The position numbers were made by a program, and so were the translations under genes. A DNA stretch of 64,000 nucleotides, taken from positions 1,240,001 to 1,304,000 of the forward strand of contig OX442314.1 of the NCBI GenBank assembly GCA_949358305.1, in the 5' to 3' direction. Shown here one piece after another: positions 39,356-53,519 of the stretch. Source of the stretch: Strigamia acuminata (lineage: Eukaryota). Within the stretch, counting starts at the first letter, position 1. The number at the start of each line of letters is the position of its first letter. A model generated the notes under the pieces. That model worked only from the letters and a program-made list of their open reading frames with translations. It ran no database searches and was not told the DNA's origin.

Positions 39356-40982
39356 AATCAATGCTCACAGCAGATACAAACAGCAACAAAACCAAAAACC
39401 ACACTCACAACTTCCACAACCTCCTTCCTTCTTTTCACTCTGAATGTAGTTGTACGTTTGGCACATTGGAGACTGTCCCTTTGCAATTTGTTTGATTTCT
39501 TACCTGCATGTTAGCTTCTTCTTAAATTTTTTCAATAGACAACTCCGATAGCATTCTCTGTATTCGTCTTGACTTGAGCATTCATTTATCGGCGAATTCA
39601 AAAAAATGAACTAAAATTTATGAATAAAATAAGGTGATGCATAGTAATTTTTGGTCTTGAATAAAATTTTACTTTGTTATATCTCAAATAAACTTTTGTT
39701 GTTCCACCAGGATATTGTTTTCCCACGCCGAGGAATTTCCCAAAATCATAGAAATGGAGACTTAACTAAGGGCAAAGAAGAGAAATGTAGACAGTAAACA
39801 TTATTGCAATTTATTTAAATTACATAGTACGGCGCTGCATGGCATATGTAATCATATCTCTGTTCTATTTTGACTGTTACTACTTGTCCAACCAATGATT
39901 TGCTAGATGCTTTAGCTACGTGTCCATAAATAATAAAGTGAATTGAAGTTGATAGTGGTAAATGTCTGATTATACTTACGAAATTGAATTGATGAGCATA
40001 TTCCTACATCAATGACTTCTGTCAGAACAAATGTTTTGTTCGAATTAGAATGTACCTGTACAAAATAAAAGGATTTAAATTATTTTTTTTAACTCATTGA
40101 CAATTACTTTATTGAATCGTTTTACTTTTATTTTCACGCTCACTACTTCTTTCGTCAAATTACTCGCTTTCCAAATTTCCTCTAGATTGTAAGTTGGGAT
40201 TTCCATCAGTGTGGTTACCATGTTAGGGCAGTCGGAAGGTGGATCTTGGGATTTTGCGTATGTTTTATTCCAAAGTCTGGCCATTTCTTTCGTATAGCTA
40301 CTACATATCATCAAATTTGGTAGGACGACCTCTTCAGATCTACTCGTTACATCAACAGCCGTAGGATAACTTAAGTAATGCATTATCCTATCATAAGTCT
40401 GATAAGTTAGCATGCACATGCAAAATGAGAATAACACTAGCCAAAAGGTGTGACGCTTTGTCCTCAGTTTTCTACTGTTTAAGAAATCATCCAAACCAAT
40501 TACGTTGCATCGAAGTTTGTTTGCATCATCTGTCAACAATCGGTGAATTGCAGGACGTAGTTGTCTTAATCTTTGCCTGTTCCCTCTCAGTAGAGTGTTA
40601 TTCTGCATTCTATTTTACTTCCTATAAACAGATTTCAAACTTGTGAATTGGAAACAACTTGTAATTATTGGATATTGTGCAGTGTTGCCTGCGTTTGGTG
40701 CTGTTAAGAAGGAAAGTTAATAGGTGTCTATCCTTGCTCGCTTCAGAATCGACTGTTCTTTGTTTGGATACCTACTGTAATAAATTCTTATTTGCCCAAT
40801 TGAATTTGTGGTTGCCACGTATCATAGAATAAATAATGAACATGTTTGTTTTTCATTTGTATTCTTTGCTTACCAACTTGTCTAGATATTTTGGATGTTT
40901 CATGACAGTTGTTTATATGTTTGAGTTCATGATAAACATACTATTTACTTCCACTGCTGTGCGTTTCTTCAATATGTTGTCA

Positions 40983-41252
40983 TTTTTATGTCAATTTGTC
41001 TTTTTCATGTTATTTTTATGTCAATTTGTCTTTTTCATGTTATTTTTATGTCAATTTGTCTTTTTCATGTTATTTTTATGTCAATTTGTCTTTTTCAAGT
41101 TATTTTTTATGTCAATTTGTCTTTTTCATGCTATTTTTATGTCAATTTGTCTTTTTTATGTTATTTTTATGTCAATTTGTCTTTTTCATGTTATTTTTAT
41201 GTCAATTTGTCTTTTTCATGTTATTTTTATGTCAATTTGTCTTTTTCGTGTC
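40983..41252. repeat. 30-bp minisatellite (TTTTTATGTCAATTTGTCTTTTTCATGTTA), ~9 copies
   Basis: Visible tandem array; explains ORFs 40836-41467. Confidence 0.92.
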
Positions 41253-43115
41253 ATTTTTGTGTTTATCATGTCATTTTCTGTCGTTTGTTCTCATTTTCCG
41301 AGAACCAATTATTTTGTATGTTTTTGTTCTCATTTCCGAGAACCAATTATCTTATGTATATAACTTCGTTTTTGACACGAATAAATTTAGTACATCATTT
41401 CACCTTACACCAGAGGAGAGCTGTTCTTGTTGAGCAGCTAGAAACTTATTTGTATTCACACAACTGAACCCTGAAAGGAACTTAGAACATTTTCGAAACC
41501 TGAACTTTTATTTTGACACGCAAAAAGGAGAACTTTTGACATTTACAACTTGGGATTTTCACATAAAGTGAATTGGAGACATCGGTTTTATGAAAACATG
41601 AACATTTTATTGGGTCTTGGGTGTCAATATTGTAAAAACTGGCGTTTTACTCCAGGTTAACATTCCCTTTAATGTGTCATTTATTTGTTGTTTTTGTATT
41701 TTAATTCCATAACATTTTATTCTGGGTTCACATTCCCTTTAATGTGCCAATTTTGTTGTTATTTCGTATTTCTCTTACTGATAACTTTACATTTAACATT
41801 TGTGTATTTTTTATTCGTTTTGATGTAATATTTCAGTGCCATTTATTTGATTTCTATATTTCATAATTCAATGGTGTTACATTTAACCCTTTTATATGTA
41901 TTTTAAATTCAATAATGTTTACATTTAATAATTTGAGTTTTATCAAGTTTTATTACAATTTGTCATTAACCGGTTGTTTATGATGGTTAAACCGCGTTTG
42001 AAAAGCGCGCCGGTTACGATACAAGGAGAGCCTGGTCCCGAATAAGGGCCCGGGCAACGATTAGCAGCCTGGAGGGTGGCGGCAAGCTAATCCCCTTACT
42101 CGATCATATTCACAAATTTTACCGGGTTTGTTGGAATCGTAAAAATAGAAGAAGATGATGCACACGCGCGGACTTAACAACGCTAGCGTGGCTTATGCTA
42201 ATCTGGCAGGGACCCCTAATGGCGGAGCGGCCAGACCGAGCAAGCGCGCACTAATCGCGCGCAAAAGACAAAATAACAACTCATTAGCTACGTGAATCAA
42301 ATTCTTAGTCCTTTGGCCCGTATCAGCGGCATAAACGTAATGATAACAAAAGATCAACAAAAGGAAGGAAATTCAAAGGTGAGACGCGGAATTAAACACG
42401 CAATATGATATTGCAAACACTCAAACACGCAGAGTTAACTTGCATGGAGTTATACTGTGAATTAACACAGGAGGAAGTTGCCAAATGCACAACGGCTAAT
42501 TAAAGCTCTTACAATATGTGAAAATCGGATGATTTTACGTGTGAATTGTTATTTGGATTTCTTTAATATTGTTTAAACTCATAATTGTGTTGATTGAATT
42601 GTATTGTTGATTTGTATTTCCATTTTTTACTTGTGATTTTATTTGATTTGTGTATGTTATATTTTCGTATCATAATATGTTTTATTTCCATTTAAATGTT
42701 TTAACTTGATCTCTTACAATTGGAATGTTAATTCGTTAATCCTTTTAAGAATGTTCTATTCCTCTGAAATTGTAAGCGCTCGCCATTGGTCCTTTGAGCG
42801 CGTCATTTACATACCTCCACCTCGTGATTGCTTGTGATTGGTTCTTCGAACTCGTCATTTACATCACCTGTTTCCTTTATAACTTGAATAAAATTAGTGT
42901 ACTTTTTCAACTAAAACTGTGTGGTTGTGCTCCTTTATACTCCAACGCCATCTTGGACTTCAACGCGATTTTCAACTGTTACATCCACTTGTAGTCAAGG
43001 ACTTTAGAAATTGATTGGTAAACTTTGAATATCTTTTTATTTACTTCAAGTTTAACATTGGTGCCGAAACCCGGGAACATTTTAAATTCCGAATTTATCT
43101 AACAAATCTACTAAA

Positions 43116-46100
43116 ATGGTGAGAAATTTCGAGTTAAAGAACAAAGCATTCCGAGCGGCCATGATGGTCACAGAAACACTCCTGACCACGATCACCACTG
43201 CGCTGAATGGGAGAGCTGCAATTCCGCAAGCCACAATTGAATTATGGCTGCAACAGCTCGAACAAAAGCAGAAGCGAGTGCAACTAACGTTTGACGCCAC
43301 ACTGGACCAAGCAAGAAGCGACCAGGAGATTGACGACACTGTGCTAGCACTCGACGCACTGGAGGACCGCTTGGCCGCATCAAAAGCCGACTTAGGCAGG
43401 TACACTCAAATGAATTACCCACCTAATTTACCCCAGAACATACGACCGAACGCGGACGCGCAACCGGCGGACATCGACGCACTAGCGGCGGCTATTACCG
43501 CAGCAGTGACGGCAGCAACACCACGCACAACACCGACGAACGGTCAACCATTCATCAAACGTAAGCCACTCGAAATACCTAAGTTTGACGGACGTAAGCC
43601 AGAAGAATGGGGAGGGTTTTGGAAGACGTTTTCGATCCAAGTCGGCGACAACGATCAACTGGACGGAACGAATAAGCTTTTATATTTAAGAAATTACCTG
43701 GTTGGAGAGGCGCTCGACGATATAAAAGCACTCGAGATCACCGCAGGAAATTACACCGTCGCAATCGCACGTCTGCAGAAGAAATACGGCGACAAAATCG
43801 TACTCGAGAATAAATACTTGTCTAACCTCATAAATTTGCCATCTGTTAGCAGCGAGCGAGATCGAATAGGTTTACAGAAGCTGCACAGACACGTGGAAGT
43901 CAACATAGAGAATCTAGCCAACATCGAAGTACCACTGGCGGAAATACAGCGGACCATTTTTCCCGTGCTGTCGTCTGCAGTTCCACGTAGTATCATCATG
44001 GAATATGACAAAGACTGCGATGGAGAGCGATCGATAACGAGGTTAATGGATTGGTTGAGTGATCACATTGCTAAACACGCCAAGTACGACATGCTAAAAA
44101 CTCAGTCGAAGCCAGATGCGACCAACAACAAAACGTCGGGAGGGGACAGCAATTACACCAACAAGGGGCGATTCAACCGAAAGGAGAAGGAGCCTCGATC
44201 TGGATCAGCGTCACAATTGTCAGTATTAATAATGAAGTGTCAATTTTGTGATTTAGCAGAACATAACCGGAAAAGATGCCCGCTCACGATGGAGGAGAGA
44301 CGTAAAAAGCTGCAGAAAAAAGGAATTTGCATGAGATGCTTGGGGAAAGTGCCCCACAAGACTGAAGAATGCAGGACTCGCATGAAATGTTACAGCTGTG
44401 AGGGAGCGCATCACACCCACGTGTGCGACACACCAAAAGCTACAGAAGCCGGCGAGGGAATCACCCACACCAACGCAGTCGTTACCACCTGTCCACCCAA
44501 GTCCGAATTTTTGATGGTGCAGATGGTGAAGATGGCCGGACCAACGCACTCAGCTTTGGGAGTGTGCTATATCGATGGGGGAGCCCAACGTACCTTCATA
44601 CGCTCTGAGTTGACTAAAAAACTGAATTTGAGAATTTTAGGCACTGAAACGATAAATTTGGCCGTGTTTGGGCAAGAGCCCAGATCAGAAGTTCGCAACA
44701 GAGTCGAGTTAGTCCTCAGCCCCGCCAACTCGAAGTCGCCAGCAGTCACAATTGAAGCCATCGAAGCTGACCACGTCACGTCCACTCCTGGAGAACAACC
44801 GAACAAACAACTCAAAGCGGAACTACAACGAAGAAAAATCGAAGTGGCCTGCAAGCAAGTTGCGTTGCATTCGAAGGAAGTGGACCTGCTAATTGGAGTG
44901 GACCATTACTGGCGAGTGATGACTGGACAAACAGAATTTTTGGAAGAAAACTTAATTGCAGTAAAAACGAAATTTGGTTGGACATTACACGGACAGACTA
45001 CAAACGGAACGAGAGTCATTGCTGCACCGGTGAGAATTAACAAAATAACACTTACCCCATCAACAGATGATCTTTTGCGCCGGATGTGGGAGCTGGAACC
45101 GATCGGAGTCCGCCACGAGTCGGTCGAAACGAACGACGACGCTGAGACGTTGGAAAAGTTCGAAAAGGCAATCAAGTGGACGGGATCGAATTATTCAGTG
45201 GAGCTGCCGTGGATTGTGAATAGCAACGAGCTGGACGACAACTATCGAGGCGCCGAGCAACGTATCATGTCACTAATCCGTCGTTTCAGAAAACAACCCA
45301 ACCTGTATTTGGAATACAAAAAAGTCATCGACGAACAACTGAAAACAGGCATTGTTGAAGAAATTCCGAATCAAACGGCAACAGGACCCATTTACTACAT
45401 GCCACACAGCCCAGTCATCAAGGAAGAACGCGTAACCACGAAATTGAGAGTGGTATTTGATGCATCTTCACATCGAAAGGGACATCTCTCCTTGAACGAC
45501 TGCTTGTCGAAAGGTATCAATTTTTTGCCGTCATTAATATTTGTGCTGTTGGGATTTCGTCTCGGAAGAGTGGCCATCGTGGGAGACATCAAAAAGGCGT
45601 TTCACATGATCGAAATCGCCTTGAAGGACCGCGACGCAACAAGATTCTTCTGGATTGATGAACACTGGGACGGTGTAGGAAAAGCACTGTTGAAAATACT
45701 GCGACAGACTCGAGTATTGTTTGGCGCTACACCAAGCCCATTTTTGTTGAGCGCGACCATTCGACACCATCTGCGCAAGTTCGAGAAACAATACCCCGAA
45801 ACTGTGAAGTTACTGCTGCGATATCTATACGTGGACGACTTCATCTCTTCGCTCAAAAACGACGCTGAAGCACTGGTAACATTCCGACAATCTAATCTGA
45901 TTTTTGTAGCAGCCGGCATGGAACTCGCCAAGTGGCAAACCAATTCACCAGAACTAAGAGCCAAATTTCGCGAGGAAAATCCCACTGACTCACAGTTGAT
46001 GTCGGATGAAGAAACCAAAGTGTTGGGAGTCAAGTGGAACCCAAACTCGGACGAATTGGGCCTGGCGGTTGAGGAAAATTGCCCGCCTTGCAGGAAAACA

Positions 46101-46652
46101 ACGAAAAGGGAAGTAATAAAAATAACGTCTCAAATATTCGACCCTTTAGGATTTGCCACACCATTCACGGTAACTGCACGAATGTTCTTCCAATCCCTGT
46201 GGCTCAAGAACCTGCCATGGGACGACGAATTGGGCAACGAATTGCTCACTGACTGGAAAAAATGGACAAACCAAATTCCCACGCTAAAATACATTCAAGT
46301 TCCACGTTGGCTAGGATTGGACGAGTTCGACCAGTGCGAAGTGCACATATTTTGCGACGCAAGTCCGAAGGCATACGGGGCAGTGGCCTATATACAGAAC
46401 AGTACTGGTGATTTAATCGAAACCTCCTTTATAATTTCAAAGTGTCGTGTTGCTCCTGTCAAACCACTAACATTACCAAAACTCGAACTCATGGGAGCAT
46501 TGATTGCTGTGCGCCTCTCCGACCAAATTAAGGAGTTGGTGACACACCAAGTGAAATGTTTTTTTGGACAGATTCGCAGATATGCCTTCACTGGATCAAG
46601 AATACGTCCAAACGACCGCCAACCTTCGTTCACAATCGGGTCTTGGAGATAA
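43116..46652 (+). CDS. BEL/Pao polyprotein part 1: Gag (IPKFDG, three Cys/His knuckles), protease (IDGGAQRTF), RT (YVDD), start of RNase H (FCDAS)
   Basis: Motifs [45 protein letters not shown]. Confidence 0.93.
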   Translation: MVRNFELKNKAFRAAMMVTETLLTTITTALNGRAAIPQATIELWLQQLEQKQKRVQLTFDATLDQARSDQEIDDTVLALDALEDRLAASKADLGRYTQMNYPPNLPQNIRPNADAQPADIDALAAAITAAVTAATPRTTPTNGQPFIKRKPLEIPKFDGRKPEEWGGFWKTFSIQVGDNDQLDGTNKLLYLRNYLVGEALDDIKALEITAGNYTVAIARLQKKYGDKIVLENKYLSNLINLPSVSSERDRIGLQKLHRHVEVNIENLANIEVPLAEIQRTIFPVLSSAVPRSIIMEYDKDCDGERSITRLMDWLSDHIAKHAKYDMLKTQSKPDATNNKTSGGDSNYTNKGRFNRKEKEPRSGSASQLSVLIMKCQFCDLAEHNRKRCPLTMEERRKKLQKKGICMRCLGKVPHKTEECRTRMKCYSCEGAHHTHVCDTPKATEAGEGITHTNAVVTTCPPKSEFLMVQMVKMAGPTHSALGVCYIDGGAQRTFIRSELTKKLNLRILGTETINLAVFGQEPRSEVRNRVELVLSPANSKSPAVTIEAIEADHVTSTPGEQPNKQLKAELQRRKIEVACKQVALHSKEVDLLIGVDHYWRVMTGQTEFLEENLIAVKTKFGWTLHGQTTNGTRVIAAPVRINKITLTPSTDDLLRRMWELEPIGVRHESVETNDDAETLEKFEKAIKWTGSNYSVELPWIVNSNELDDNYRGAEQRIMSLIRRFRKQPNLYLEYKKVIDEQLKTGIVEEIPNQTATGPIYYMPHSPVIKEERVTTKLRVVFDASSHRKGHLSLNDCLSKGINFLPSLIFVLLGFRLGRVAIVGDIKKAFHMIEIALKDRDATRFFWIDEHWDGVGKALLKILRQTRVLFGATPSPFLLSATIRHHLRKFEKQYPETVKLLLRYLYVDDFISSLKNDAEALVTFRQSNLIFVAAGMELAKWQTNSPELRAKFREENPTDSQLMSDEETKVLGVKWNPNSDELGLAVEENCPPCRKTTKREVIKITSQIFDPLGFATPFTVTARMFFQSLWLKNLPWDDELGNELLTDWKKWTNQIPTLKYIQVPRWLGLDEFDQCEVHIFCDASPKAYGAVAYIQNSTGDLIETSFIISKCRVAPVKPLTLPKLELMGALIAVRLSDQIKELVTHQVKCFFGQIRRYAFTGSRIRPNDRQPSFTIGSWR

Positions 46653-48394
46653 GAGAAAAATCGAGAGTGGAAGAATGGAATCACGTGCCTGGAATAGAGA
46701 ATCCAGCTGACCGTCTGACGAGGGGGATGGACGCGGAAGCCATGATATCCGACCAACTTTGGTGGCAAGGGCCGGACTGGTTGCGCGGAAGTCGCCAAGA
46801 ATGGCCGAAAGTGCCGTCAGAAACGGTCGAAGAGCAAGACGATGAAGAAATTGCAGAAATTCACGTCGAAGCAGTGCAAACAACCACTAATATTTTTCCG
46901 TTTGACAGGTTTGGATCGCTGTCAAAGGCAATCCGAACGCTGGCATGGGTTTTCAGGTTCGCAGACAACGCTGGGAAACGGCAAACAGACGCCAGTCGAC
47001 GAGATCGAGGCCCATTGAAAGCAGCCGAGCTGACACGCGCGAAATTCAGTTTGATTAAAATTGCGCAAACGGAAGTTTATGGCCGAGAAATCGAAAGAAT
47101 GAGGAATGGCAGACCAGTTCATGGAGAATCAAAGCTACGGGACCTGAATCCACGACTAAACGAAATGGGATTAATCGAGCTGCGAAACAGACTGCATGAA
47201 TCGCGAGATTTGCCTACTGCCACTCAACCTTTGATTTTGCCACCTAAACACAAACTTACAGAACTAATTTTGCATTTTTCACATTTGCAGGTCCTCCATT
47301 GCGGACTGACATCCACGCTATCCAAGTTTCGAGAAAAATACTGGACTCCATCCGCAAGGAGGACCTTGAAGACGATGTTGGATCGGTGTGTCATTTGTAA
47401 AAAAATCAACGGACGACTGATGCGGGAAGTGCCAGGAGCCCTCCCAGCCGACAGGTCGTCCAAAACTCAACCGTTCGCAGTCACCGGAGTCGACTTTGCG
47501 GGGCCCATAATCGTGAAAGGACGGAAAACTAAATCGTACGTAGCTGTATTTACTTGTGCTACCATTCGGGCAGTCCACTTGGAATTGGTGCCCTCACTAG
47601 CAACGACAGACTTTTTGGGAGCATTCGAGCGCTTTATCAGTCGCAGGGGGCTCCCGAAGACGATGTACAGCGACAACGGGACCACATTCCACCGCGCCCA
47701 CAAAGAGCTCGCCGCACTCCTGAACCACACGAAGGACGAGACGTTTCGAAATTATTTGGCCCAAAAAGGCATCGAATGGAAGTTCATCGTCGAAAACGGA
47801 CCGTGGTGGGGCGGGTTTTGGGAGAGAATGGTGCAGACGGTCAAAAGATGTTTGAGAAAAGCTATTGGTTCAGCGCACTTGAACTTTTACCAACTCGGAA
47901 CTTTTCTTGTACAAACTGAAGCAGTCATAAATCGCAGACCAATCACGTACGTGTACGACAACCCAAACGAAATTGAGCCACTTACGCCCGCACACTTTTT
48001 GACCGGCGTGATGTTGACTCACCTGCCCGACTCGGGAACGACAGACAACATCGAACCTACTCAGAGGGAGTTTGTTCGGCAATGGCGCTATCAACAACGC
48101 GTATTGCTCTCATTCTGGAATCGGTGGTCTCGGGAATATTTGACAGATTTGAAAATTCAGACGGGCAAACCAGGCGTGCGAGAACTCCAGCTGGACGACG
48201 TCGTTATAATTGAAGAGCCATTCAAACCACGCCTAAAATGGAAAATGGGTCGAGTGGTCGAAGTTAAGCGAGGTCGAGATAACAAAATCAGGTCATGCGA
48301 AATGGTACTCGCCAGTGGAGAAAAGATGCGTCGACCAATACAACGTCTTGTGCGCTTGGAAGTGGAATCAGGCGATCCCCGCCCGGCAGTGTGA
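46556..48394 (+). CDS. BEL/Pao polyprotein part 2: end of RNase H (WTDS) and integrase (HHCC, GVDFAGP, SDNGTTF, WERMV)
   Basis: Continues part 1 in the -1 frame across a T7 run at 46559-46565; the stop codon lies inside the 3' LTR. Confidence 0.92.
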   Translation: MFFWTDSQICLHWIKNTSKRPPTFVHNRVLEIREKSRVEEWNHVPGIENPADRLTRGMDAEAMISDQLWWQGPDWLRGSRQEWPKVPSETVEEQDDEEIAEIHVEAVQTTTNIFPFDRFGSLSKAIRTLAWVFRFADNAGKRQTDASRRDRGPLKAAELTRAKFSLIKIAQTEVYGREIERMRNGRPVHGESKLRDLNPRLNEMGLIELRNRLHESRDLPTATQPLILPPKHKLTELILHFSHLQVLHCGLTSTLSKFREKYWTPSARRTLKTMLDRCVICKKINGRLMREVPGALPADRSSKTQPFAVTGVDFAGPIIVKGRKTKSYVAVFTCATIRAVHLELVPSLATTDFLGAFERFISRRGLPKTMYSDNGTTFHRAHKELAALLNHTKDETFRNYLAQKGIEWKFIVENGPWWGGFWERMVQTVKRCLRKAIGSAHLNFYQLGTFLVQTEAVINRRPITYVYDNPNEIEPLTPAHFLTGVMLTHLPDSGTTDNIEPTQREFVRQWRYQQRVLLSFWNRWSREYLTDLKIQTGKPGVRELQLDDVVIIEEPFKPRLKWKMGRVVEVKRGRDNKIRSCEMVLASGEKMRRPIQRLVRLEVESGDPRPAV

Positions 48395-50079
48395 AAATCG
48401 GATGATTTTACGTGTGAATTGTTATTTGGATTTCTTTAATATTGTTTAAACTCATAATTGTGTTGATTGAATTGTATTGTTGATTTGTATTTCCATTTTT
48501 TACTTGTGATTTTATTTGATTTGTGTATGTTATATTTTCGTATCATAATATGTTTTATTTCCATTTAAATGTTTTAACTTGATCTCTTACAATTGGAATG
48601 TTAATTCGTTAATCCTTTTAAGAATGTTCTATTCCTCTGAAATTGTAAGCGCTCGCCATTGGTCCTTTGAGCGCGTTATTTACATACCTCCACCTCGTGA
48701 TTGCTTGTGATTGGTTCTTCGAACTCGTCATTTACATCACCTGTTTCCTTTATAACTTGAATAAAATTAGTGTACTTTTTCAACTAAAACTGTGTGGTCG
48801 TGCTCCTTTATACTCCAACGCCATCTTGGACTTCAACGCGATTTTCAACTGTTACATCCACTTGTAGTCAAGGACTTTAGAAATTGATTGGTAAACTTTG
48901 AATATCTTTTTATTTACTTCAAGTTTAACACAATAGCTCATGGTCTTACACCTTCTGATCAGATCTGGCTGAAACAGCTCTTAAGTGAACTTGGGCCAGA
49001 TCCATCACAGAAAATGAGGGAAAACCAATGAGCTCACAACGCGTAAGCCAATCAGGCGCACTTGTGAATAATTAACACGATGACTAACTCGCGTGTGATT
49101 CAACATTTAAATTAGGATGGCTAAACTAAAGGAAATCAGGAGGGGTAACAGTGAGTAATACACAACTTAGACTAGTCTGATGTGGCAAAATTGAGCCACA
49201 CCAGACCAAATCAAGGGATGAAAATGAATAAGAAATGAGATGACAAGGTAGGAAAATTCAAATTAGGCTTGGGATTTTATCAGGAATCAAACAAAACAAT
49301 GATTGGAAACAATAGCTAGGAACACACGGATAACGCGTACAAACTCAACAATTAGGTGACAAATTTCAGTGTCTTTAACCCTAGTTTATTTCTTTTAATT
49401 ATTTGGGTTAGATTTATTGTCACTTGCTACAGCTCCCCACCTTGGTATGCAGCTGTAGCCAATTAAAGGATTAGCGTTGCTCCAATAGGAGCTCTTTTTG
49501 TATATATTTTGTGAGACAATAAAGTTTAACCCCAGTGAATGTACAAATTTCGTGGTGCCAGCATGTATCCATTTTCTTTCAACCAACATTTCCATTTACA
49601 TAGAAGCCAGAGACTTTGGAATGATTTCAACAAACGATTGAATTCATCAGATATAATTAAGCTTACATTTATAATTACTGTATTTCTGCCAAATTCTACA
49701 AAATAAAAGTTATATAAACACCAAAGCCAACATTTGGCTAATTAATATGTGACGGTGACCACCTCAAACCCTACCAAATGGTAGTACCGGGGAGCGGGGA
49801 TAGATTGTAGCAAGTGAACAACATAAAAGATAAATACACAATACCAAATGGTTCTCAACACATTACACTTTATTGGTTACCGGATATATTTATCTTAATA
49901 ATTATTCCGGCCAATACAAATAAAAAACTAAATTATAAATAGGACTAATGCCGACATGTAGCCAGTTAAACATTAAGTTGGGATGGGATACTTGGGTCGA
50001 AATGACCGACCACAGCTAGCAATAGTGGAAACTAGGCTTGGCTATGGGAAGGTTAAATCAAAAATCGACAATTTAAGCC

Positions 50080-50338
50080 AAACATCGACAGTTTAAGCCA
50101 AACATCGACAGTTTAAGCCAAACATCGACAGTTTAAGCCAAACATCGACAGTTTAAGCCAAACATCGACAGTTTAAGCCAAACATCGACAGTTTAAGCCA
50201 AACATCGACAGTTTAAGCCAAACATCGACAGTTTAAGCCAAACATCGACAGTTTAAGCCAAACATCGACAGTTTAAGCCAAACATCGACAGTTTAAGCCA
50301 AACATCGACAGTTTAAACCAAACATCGACAGTTTAAGC
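50080..50338. repeat. 20-bp minisatellite (AAACATCGACAGTTTAAGCC), ~13 copies
   Basis: Visible tandem array. Confidence 0.95.
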
Positions 50339-50635
50339 TGAAAAATAAACGTTTTAGCCAAAAAACATTATTTCTTATTTATATTTATTTGTTGTTTATT
50401 ATTTTAATTCTGCGCGCAATCTGGCCAAATTTAAATGGTGCACATCAGGTCCTGGCCGGCAGTACGCACAGTTTTCTTTGTTAAAAATTAATATAATTAA
50501 TATACTGGTAAAAATCACAACCAGCAACGCCAAAAGTCAAAAAGTCAAAAAATGCTTTCCAAAAAGTCTGCTTTAAACCCTTGCGGTAGACTTTTGTTCA
50601 AAAATACACTGACACTAATCATGCTTTACTATTAG

Positions 50636-50966
50636 ATTACCATTTATGGAAAACAGTTCATTGCCTTATTGCGAGGATCACGCTACAGCTAAGAAAACTA
50701 CCAGACAATATTTGGAGAGTCAATTCAAAACAAATCCCCAGAAAGACTGTTCCTGCGCAGCACGTTGTGAAGAAACAATATTCATTCTTTCAATAAATAA
50801 AGATGACAACAACTTAATTACGAGATTCACTATAGACAGCAACATTCGGGAGGTAATAGAAGAACAGAAAGTAATTTCCATTGTCAAATTACTCTGTCAA
50901 ATCGGATCAATTTTTGGTATTTTGACCGGTCTCTCGATACTTTCGCTTGTTGAATATTTCATTTGA
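50636..50966 (+). pseudogene. Orphan copy of the terminal DEG/ENaC exon (open frame, acceptor retained)
   Basis: ACTATTAG|ATTACCATTTATGGAA matches the gene A acceptor; encodes CSCAARCEETIF...KLLCQIGSIFGILTGLSILSLVEYFI*; no upstream ENaC exons found on this strand. Confidence 0.8.
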
Positions 50967-51379
50967 TACAAAGGTTAACAAAACTATTATATAATTTCAC
51001 TTTCCACACACATTTACTTGTATTTTATAAAAGTAGTGACAATTTAAGTAAAAAGTAACATAAGAATGCATTCTATGTATAATTGCATAATTTTTGCTTA
51101 TTGCAGCAAAAAACACCAATTTAGACCAACTCACACAAAGTTTAATTTGAAATTTGAAAATCATTTAATCGCAAAAGCTGCAAAAAATATTCACAAGAGT
51201 AGAGTTAAGTGACAGCAGTTGTGCATAATTAACGCAACATTGACTTATTTTCAATGTTAAAACTTGAGTAGTTTTAAAAAAAAAACAAAGAAAAAGCTAT
51301 TGTGTAATGATTTATGCAAAAATTCTCCACTCTACTAATGTATAACTTATTTGTCAAACCACGACTTTAAATACATTAT

Positions 51380-51510
51380 TTACATCAACATTCGAGCAGT
51401 AAATGAATAGAAAATAATTTCCATTGCAAACTATTGTGTCAAATTGGATCAATTTTTTCTATCTTGACCGATCTGTTAGTGTTTCCTCTTGTCCAATACT
51501 TTATTTGGTT
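51380..51510 (+). pseudogene. Degenerate fragment of the same terminal ENaC exon
   Basis: AACATTCGAGCAGTAAAT...TGTCAAATTGGATCAATTTTT...TTGACCGATCT resembles 50840-50960, with indels. Confidence 0.6.
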
Positions 51511-53519
51511 GTAAAGTAAACTAAATTAACATTCAATTTGCATTTTATAAAACCACTGAATATGTAACTACAAACTAATGCAAAAAAGCATTGTCAGTAA
51601 ATTGGACTCATTTAAACTTTGCTGTACAAGAGTTAAAAACTCCACCGAGAAAAGACAGAAAAGGCTGATTGTATGCCAAGGAAAACTCAAAATAATCTGA
51701 AATAAAAAATACATTTCATCACAGTAAGCACAAAAACTATTTCCAAACAGTGTTAGATAACTGTTTGATAATTGAACACCCAGCACGTGTACAGTAATGT
51801 ATTTATGTATTTAAGCAATAGTAGTCACAGCCACTACATCAATACACGTTATAATGATCACTCTCATTTAACCTTTAATAGCACACTGACACACCAGTTG
51901 CTTTCGATAAATAATGTACCCTCAATCTTTATTTCTATTTATAAAAGAACATAAATGTATTTAATGTTGTAAGTTATGTGTTTAAATGTAAAAGTTAAAA
52001 TCTTTCACCTGGAATATTACTTTTAGATTAACTTGTTTTTCCTGCTAATAAACTGGTTCAGGAAGCACATTCAGAAAGTCATGTTTAACCTGCAGTAAAA
52101 CAGCTTTTGTTGTTTAAATCTTGTGCGCATGGCTACTGCAGCTGGAGACTGACTGAATCGTCACCATTTTTGAACTTAGATCGACACAAACAGTTTAAAA
52201 ACGTGTTGTTTAGACTAAATGACTTTGGGAATGCACCTTGTTATCCACTTTTTAAATGCACTTTTTTTCCTCATTGTTCCCGAATCGCCTCTGCTGGGAA
52301 GGAATGGCCTCGGATTCCACCAGAGAACATCTCACTTGTAACACATGAAATTCATCATTTGTAATATCGTGTAAAAAGTAAAAATCAACTTAATGTTAAA
52401 CAAAATACAAAAAGAATCTTTTTCTCTCTATCAATCTAACTTTTGATAACAACTTGAATTCATTCACGAGCATTAGTTTGTGACATTGCCAACACAAGCA
52501 TTACTTGCATCACTCGCAACATACCGTACTGCCTCATATAAATGCCCAATTCAAATAAGGGCAGGGTCGCGTTTATGCGCCGGGAAACAGCAACAAGCTG
52601 GCAGCAGGCAACACGGGATTAGACCGCTGACTGTACAGTGGTTTCGTTTGCAGAAATAAATCAGAATTAAAACAATTAGTCCAGAGTTAGGTTTAATTCA
52701 AACAATGGTCGCCTGACTGATTGGGTCGTGAATTAAGTGACATTATTCATGACTATTAGTAAATGCTACACTCTTACATATGAAGTGCAAACTTAGAAAT
52801 ACCAACATTATTTCAACCAGAGCTCTCTTTTAGCACGACCCAGGAGTGACCACAAGGAGGTAGGGAGTTGGATTTTACACCCCACGAACCGGCCAGGACC
52901 TAATCCGCAGAGCCTGATCCGCGTGTCCCTATTCCGCGTCAAATAATTATGTAATGTAAACAGATGTCACGTGGCTGAAACTGCAAGCGGGCACGGCAAA
53001 ACGAGCTGGGCATGCAATTCCTTTTATCTGAAATTGTTTCCTTGAGCGGAAAGAATTAAATTTCTTGCTCGGAATAGCGTGGCTGCAACGTTATCGTAAC
53101 GTTACGTACCCCGACGTTGCTGCATTGGCAGTACGAGCGGATGCGCGTGGAGAAGTGCACCACCGCATTAAATTCGATTACAATCCAATATTAACTCGCA
53201 CCAACCCATCCGATCAAAATCCAATGTTAATCCAGTTACTTGGACATAAAGTCGATCGAAAAACGAATGGACTTAGCTAAAAATATCGAACCGAACCGAA
53301 AATGATGCGAAAATGACTACGCGAAATGAAATGTGTACAACACAACCACATGACTGTTGCTATGCCGACAAAAGAAGCACCGCTATTGTTAGGAATCATA
53401 TAGTCAATAACACTTGTTCCCACCAGAGCGCAGAGCGGCACTGATGAGACACTAATCAGTGTGAGCAAAATTTGAATTTTCGCATTCGTAAATGATGAAT
53501 TAAAATTTTAAAAAGAGAA

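Larger units (their letters stand above)
42517..48930 (+). mobile_element. Full-length BEL/Pao LTR retrotransposon
   Basis: 541-bp LTRs 42517-43057 and 48390-48930 (TGT..ACA; only two differences noticed); 5-bp TSD CAATA; PBS TGGTGCCGAAACCCGGGA (43059-43076) complementary to the tRNA-Phe 3' end. Confidence 0.96.

Noticed and set aside
40836..41467. Hydrophobic repeat ORFs in three frames
   Set aside because: Translation of a T-rich 30-bp minisatellite.
42010..49335. Older LTR-like element hosting the BEL insertion (flanks ~42010-42516 and ~48936-49335)
   Set aside because: Composition is suggestive, but I could not identify TG..CA ends or a TSD.
53435..53475. Possible hammerhead ribozyme (CTGATGA followed by a short stem); CTGATGA also near 6691, 7815 and 8817
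   Set aside because: No correctly placed GAAA or stems I/III.
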